Part shown: in pieces, positions 60,101 through 64,000 of the stretch
Numbering within the stretch: the first letter of the stretch is position 1
Layout of the letters: the number at the start of each line of letters is the position of its first letter
Source of the DNA: Neodothiora populina
Lineage: Eukaryota
Reading direction: 5' to 3'
Length of the DNA: 64,000 bases
Assembly (NCBI RefSeq): GCF_041146345.1
Contig: NW_027191404.1
Location: forward strand, 1,302,001 to 1,366,000
Translations under genes and position numbers: made by a program
The notes under the pieces: generated by a model
The model's input: only the letters and a program-made list of their open reading frames with translations
The model's database searches: none
Told to the model about the DNA's origin: nothing

Positions 60101-60655
60101 GATGGTGAATCGACGATACCCGGCATTGATGAAGCATTCCTCCAGGATCTGCCCGAGGCTCTGCGAGAGGAGGTACTAGAGCAACATCGAGCGGCTCAGC
60201 TTCGCCGTGCCGGAGGCATTGAAGTATCGGTGCAAGCTCGAAACCGTCTGAAACAGAGACAGAAGGCACAGCAACAACCGGATAATAGCATCGAAGCCTA
60301 CTTCTTACCGCCCCCACGAAAACCAAAGCCGCAATTCATGAAGAAATACTCGAGCATCGAGGAATTACGTCAAGTCCTTCAGGCATGGGTTCGGGGATTC
60401 AACGACGAGAGCCCCTACGATGAGGACGTCGATGCTCTACAGGCATATCTGCATGACGTAGTTGTGGATGAACGTGATGTTGACAAGGCGGTCAAGGCTG
60501 CGAAATGGCTATCGTGGGTGGTAGGCGAGGAAGTGGAATCGCGTCCGCCGGATACTCAATGTGCTGAAGCATGGTCTGAAGCACTCCTCAGAGTGCAGAA
60601 TGGAATACAGCAGGCGATGACACAACGCGGACTGAACGAAGTGGATTTTGGCTAA
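57113..60655 (+). CDS. REV1: Translesion DNA polymerase / dCMP transferase Rev1
   Basis: FGGFNDYFRRKKIKLQNLD, BRCT (HVNGYTQPS...VKPAWVVDS), SRLHHLSTWK, HVDFDSFF, SIDEA, RKSVSAEVNWG, UBM repeats (LAELPAELR, LDSLPEDIR, LQDLPEALR). Confidence 0.96.
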   Translation: MGSRLENKSAQVRKRIENHTFDNEEGEEYEASKFGGFNDYFRRKKIKLQNLDVDLRAKSADKPQIFRGVVAHVNGYTQPSLNDLHAMLVSHGAGFVQYLDGKTMVTHIIASSLTPKKAVEFKRYRMVKPAWVVDSVQAGRLLPWDSYRVVDEGVGQKVLAFDNGQITSQVNKQVKGYREQSDASWYTSQLQPFLPTAGQGSPLLSPDLAPTPEVEDTRASGADDPSASSGLQVSDLSDLLPSVGSDIGPAAADQQTAASPNTIPLESELDGVTLALDTAVEKDDQTTANESTYAEQQLRGTKRSLEDAPVSPRKATKLTAEEHNAILLADPRLRMSTVVNPDFLEQYYRESRLHHLSTWKADLKAQLQSIAAEKSSSQKALSKRRPGSRRYIMHVDFDSFFAAVSLKKNPEYKDVPAVVAHGPGSGSEIASCNYPARKFGISNGMWMKKALELYPELKVLPYDFPAYEEASRKFYDVILATGGIVQSVSIDEALVDISDKCISASGSDGVHRSEGSNWREQSRADKIAKDLRDRVFELTECHVSVGIGGNILQAKLALRKAKPAGQHQVKPEEVLDFIAGLEVQSLPGVAFSIAGKLEEIGIKLVKDIRETSKERLIRTLGPKTGEKIYEYARGIDRTEVGDQIMRKSVSAEVNWGVRFENQEQVDEFIQSLCGELQRRLLKEGVKGRQLTMKVMRRSPDAPLDPPKHLGHGKCDTYNKSLQLGVATNDVDTIAKEALATMRGFGFTPGELRGLGVQMTKLEPIKTGPDGRADSSQQRLLFKRPEAPIAKQAVVGDPITDDIETPKKNRVRDVYQPAIPFSLSTNKSPSRRPMNMLGTQFIVPTQIDPKVLAELPAELRVKLMQQMGSKNVVAREDDQDTSRATQTVSRAHSPTPGKLDEDFLDSLPEDIRAEVRAMYRTSPRKAGAQSLLPQSPRKNRALPPPPRKPLTKKRGGGLFGRKSVFGKSSSSTLTQANFVARASMPTPEAFEGTGTDTDGESTIPGIDEAFLQDLPEALREEVLEQHRAAQLRRAGGIEVSVQARNRLKQRQKAQQQPDNSIEAYFLPPPRKPKPQFMKKYSSIEELRQVLQAWVRGFNDESPYDEDVDALQAYLHDVVVDERDVDKAVKAAKWLSWVVGEEVESRPPDTQCAEAWSEALLRVQNGIQQAMTQRGLNEVDFG

Positions 60656-60958
60656 GCTCACCTCCAACCACCACGCTATTCGTCTGCTAGTGAGGGATAT
60701 TTGTTGCAGACGAGTGCGTCATGACTTTTCGTCAATGAAATGAAAAAGTTGCCCAGATGTGGACTAGGAGCGTATCCTATTCTCTAGCAAACTCTCGCTC
60801 CACCTGAAAACTCAGGCAAATACAGGTACAATAATATACCCTAATATAATGGATATACGAAGGCATGGTTATGATTTCCATTTTGTTGAGAAAATGTAGC
60901 GCGATGACAGTACCGCTGTCCTCAAAACTTGCGACTGCTCGTGACTTGCGGTGCCATT

Positions 60959-61852
60959 CTACCTGTGGGTACCATTCCCGCCAATAATGTGACCGAATCG
61001 TGAAACAGACGATCCAGAGAAGTCACTGCGAAAGACGCCGATAGTCTGCAACCTTTCTATCTTGACATCACCAAAGTACTCATTGCCAACATTAACGTTC
61101 GCTCTCCCCCCGACTTTGTTATTGTCAAAGACCAAGCCTCTTTGCTCAGCGACGACATCGGCAGCATGCTGCAACTCGATATCGTCACCGACGAAGCCAG
61201 GGTCACGCACGACTTCCAATTGCTTCTGGTCTAGAGCAGAGATGTCAGCTTGCAGAAGTTCCCGCTGATACGTTTGGTGAAGTGGGAAGCTCTCGACGAA
61301 CTCATTCGTCGCCGTGCAGATATTGTCGAGGAGGTTGTCGAAATACGCTTTCCTGTAAATGACCCAGCGGGCCTTCGCCACCAACCCCGTGCTGGGGACG
61401 ACGTCGACGTCGACGTTCACTGCTCGACGACGACGGCCGAGTCTAGTCCGGATAGCGAGACCCAGGCCCAAGTCATCAGCGCTGGCACCACCCTCGCCTT
61501 TCTGCAGCGCTTCTTCATCCTGTATACCGCGTTGTCTCGCGTACTTCTTCGACTTGGCCTCGGCCCTCTCAAACGCCTGATGGATATCATCGAATATCTC
61601 CTTTGCCTTGAGCGTGTCCAGTTCACCGAAAGACCGAGCCTCTGTACTCATCGAGCCACCGTCTCCAACGACCGACTCGAGTGCTTCCTCCCATTGCTTC
61701 AGCCGCAGCCCGGCCATGGCCAGTCGGGCTTTGGACAGCGCAAAGTCCCCCTCGTAGTTGCGCGCGAACTGGATCGTCTGGCAGAGCTGGATACACGCGT
61801 TGATGGTACCCGGGACCCCGAGGACCGCTGAGGCCGTTCCGCTCCCTGACAT
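60959..61852 (-). CDS. HET-S-like protein: HeLo (prion-inhibition and propagation) domain plus putative C-terminal amyloid motif
   Basis: N-terminus LGVPGTINACIQLCQTIQFARNYEGDF..SKARL..A.LRL.QW.EAL parallels the HET-s/S N-terminus. KARWVIY.K..F..LL..I....E.VE.FP is the HeLo C-terminal motif. The tail has two 21-aa pseudo-repeats. Confidence 0.85.
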   Translation of the reverse strand: MSGSGTASAVLGVPGTINACIQLCQTIQFARNYEGDFALSKARLAMAGLRLKQWEEALESVVGDGGSMSTEARSFGELDTLKAKEIFDDIHQAFERAEAKSKKYARQRGIQDEEALQKGEGGASADDLGLGLAIRTRLGRRRRAVNVDVDVVPSTGLVAKARWVIYRKAYFDNLLDNICTATNEFVESFPLHQTYQRELLQADISALDQKQLEVVRDPGFVGDDIELQHAADVVAEQRGLVFDNNKVGGRANVNVGNEYFGDVKIERLQTIGVFRSDFSGSSVSRFGHIIGGNGTHR

Positions 61853-63315
61853 GGTCTTTTATTGTAGGCTCGGGGGGATTTGAACGATCAGGTGGGATGT
61901 GAAAGACGAAATCTGACCGCGACCCCCCATGGCACATGCATATATCTACTTATAAGCGCCCGTGGCGTCCAATGGGGTCACCTTACCACTGATCTGCGTT
62001 GTCCCTGCTGCTGCTCCTTTCGTTTGCCTCGTGCAGATAATTAATGCTTATCTAAGTGGAGGGGGCGAAGTCTTACTCGTTCGAGGCGTATCTTCAATAC
62101 AGCCCAATTAGACGGCCTTGAGGAATGAAGCGTGTTTCGTACCGAGTCTTGGGGCCTGGTGGTGACCGGTCTTGGGTGCCGCAGGATGACAATGGCGCAT
62201 GTTCTCTTCGAAACGCACTCTTTCGCCTCCGCTTGATCGTTTCCACTTAAGCAATCCATGCACAGCCTGGCAAGATGATCTAGGTCTGGTGACCGCATGA
62301 AATTAGCATTATGATTCTGCACCTCCCTGGACCTCAACGAAGCAGCACCGCGGGCAGCCTTTTTCAGCATAAGACACAAGATGCACATTCCACCGTACAC
62401 AGGTCCTGGCTGGATGCAGAGTGCGAAGTCACAGGCGCGTAGTGATAGACAAATATGTAACAATTGTGTGACATTATGCATTATTAGATAATAGGCAAGA
62501 GCGCTACGGACCTCCAAGTTCTCGGAAGGCGGCCAAAGAGGGAATCGAATGCTCTCTTGACACGTATGGGACTCAAGCCTCCCAGGTTCCCCTATCCCAT
62601 TTGTTGCGCGGAAGAGAAGAAAACGGCTAGACCAAGTGCAAGTCACTTCGGATCATGATCTTCCGCCCTCTCAACCGGTGTGCACTGAAGGAAAGGAAGA
62701 TGCCAATAACAATCGATGGAAGGCAGTGGTCGTGGCATTATATACAATTATCTCCGCAGCGAAACAGAATATATGGTTTCTCTTGTGCGCTTCAATAGAA
62801 GAATTTAATTATGTTATGGTTTTTGTCCAGAAACGTGATTGTTAATATATCGGAAGCGACAGTCGGAGATTATAATTCCTGACATTTGGATTCCGAGGGT
62901 TGCCATACAGGAAAGATGTGCGGACTATCCGAAGATGGATTAGATCAAGGGCTGTTTCAATAGCTGCTGTCTGGAGGTTTCCATTGCGATGGGGTGGCCG
63001 ATAAGGTGAAATGGCCAGTTTCAGCAAGAATACATCCGAAGAGGTTGGAATTGAAATGGCCACGTCGCGCCAGCCAAGGTAATACAGGATGCCACAATCG
63101 CGGCACAAGCCCTAGAACGTGCCATGGACGATGCGGAAATATAACGCCGGGCTATGCTATACGTGAAGATTCGTGAAGAAGAGCCGTGAAAAAAGCGTTC
63201 CGCCCATCATGAGATCCAGAAATAGGTCGTGGGCTGGCTAAAAGCGACAAAGAAAAGAATACGCAAAAGAACAGCAAAGATCGGGGGCATGCGGAATTGG
63301 TCACATCCCGATCGC

Positions 63316-64000
63316 TCAAGATTTTTGGTATTCGTTATCAGACGCCGAGGCCAATGTCTCGCCCTCCCACGTGTCCTCGGTAGGGCTTCTCATGCCCACT
63401 GACGGGCTGCGGCTGGATGAAGCGACTGAAGAAGATGAGCCAATGGTCCACTCGTCGCTATCCATGTTCATGGGACGGAAATCGTCATCCAGATCGGTCA
63501 GGCCATAAGCATAGCCTTCCTTGGCCTCTCCAATCTCAACATAATCGTAATCCCAGCGGAACATTTTTCCAGGTTGGACTCTTGGTAGGAATTTGCCCTT
63601 GGCAATGAAATAAGACATGGCAGCAAGCAAACTACCGCCGACGAGATCGACGGCGTAGTGGTGAGAGAGATACATGGTCGCCCACCAGAGCCAAAGGGTG
63701 TACACGACGAATAATGGGCGAAGTTTGGGGAAAGTGAGACTCATGAACAGCGCCTCAATGGTAGCAGAACCCGAATGCAGCGATGGGAAAGCACCGAAAA
63801 CCATGGGCGAGGCTGTGAAGGACGAGGTGTACAGATCGATACCAAAGAGCTTGTCGATAGCGGCGAGACCAGCAGGAGAGCCCGACATGGAGTAGTTTGC
63901 CGGAGCCAAGCCATACTTGTTCTCATACCAAGGTGGAGCGCAAGGAAACAGAAGCTGGATCACAACACCGATCATGTTCATGTACCCAAAAGCTCTTGCA
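63316..64000 (-). CDS. AUR1: Inositol phosphorylceramide synthase Aur1, 3' part (runs off the window)
   Basis: FPCAPPWYE, GSPAGLA.ID, VFGAFPSLHSG, WWATMYLSHHYAVDL, FRWDYD. Confidence 0.95.
   Translation of the reverse strand, partial: ARAFGYMNMIGVVIQLLFPCAPPWYENKYGLAPANYSMSGSPAGLAAIDKLFGIDLYTSSFTASPMVFGAFPSLHSGSATIEALFMSLTFPKLRPLFVVYTLWLWWATMYLSHHYAVDLVGGSLLAAMSYFIAKGKFLPRVQPGKMFRWDYDYVEIGEAKEGYAYGLTDLDDDFRPMNMDSDEWTIGSSSSVASSSRSPSVGMRSPTEDTWEGETLASASDNEYQKS

Noticed and set aside
62041..62646. 201-aa minus-strand ORF as a gene or NLR partner
   Set aside because: It has a non-ATG start, a Cys/Arg-rich random-like composition, and no P-loop or amyloid motif. It is mentioned only as something to search.

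Overview
Gene-dense, intron-containing DNA from a filamentous ascomycete (Pezizomycotina). Introns are short GT-AG with CTRAC/CTAAC branch sites; a Dothideomycete-like origin is only my impression. The window holds about 28 protein-coding genes, mostly housekeeping: APP1-like phosphatase (partial), PTR2, an F-box/LRR protein, GH43, COQ1, VMA12, CHL1, a Kelch-TM protein, Yippee, an NDR-family kinase, a WSC protein, ATG7, DCD1, GYP1, HRP1, NASP/Sim3, DPB2, NEDD8, Elongin A, THOC7, tubulin cofactor A, MCM4, nucleolar FKBP, REV1 and AUR1 (partial). It also has two orphan ORFs and a Fot1/pogo transposon relic. Three things stand out. (1) A HET-S-like HeLo protein with a divergent two-repeat amyloid tail and no neighbouring NLR (60959-61852). 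(2) A PUK1/stk-21-like NDR kinase whose otherwise intact frame is broken by one in-frame TAG (21573-21575), a candidate for A-to-I stop-codon editing. (3) A 1.1-kb HRP1 intron containing a richly base-paired ~350-nt element. Micro-exons (5 nt within the CHL1 Walker A motif; 21/12/14 nt in GYP1), a GC-AG intron and promoter tandem repeats are also noted. All calls come from reading motifs by eye; no searches were run.
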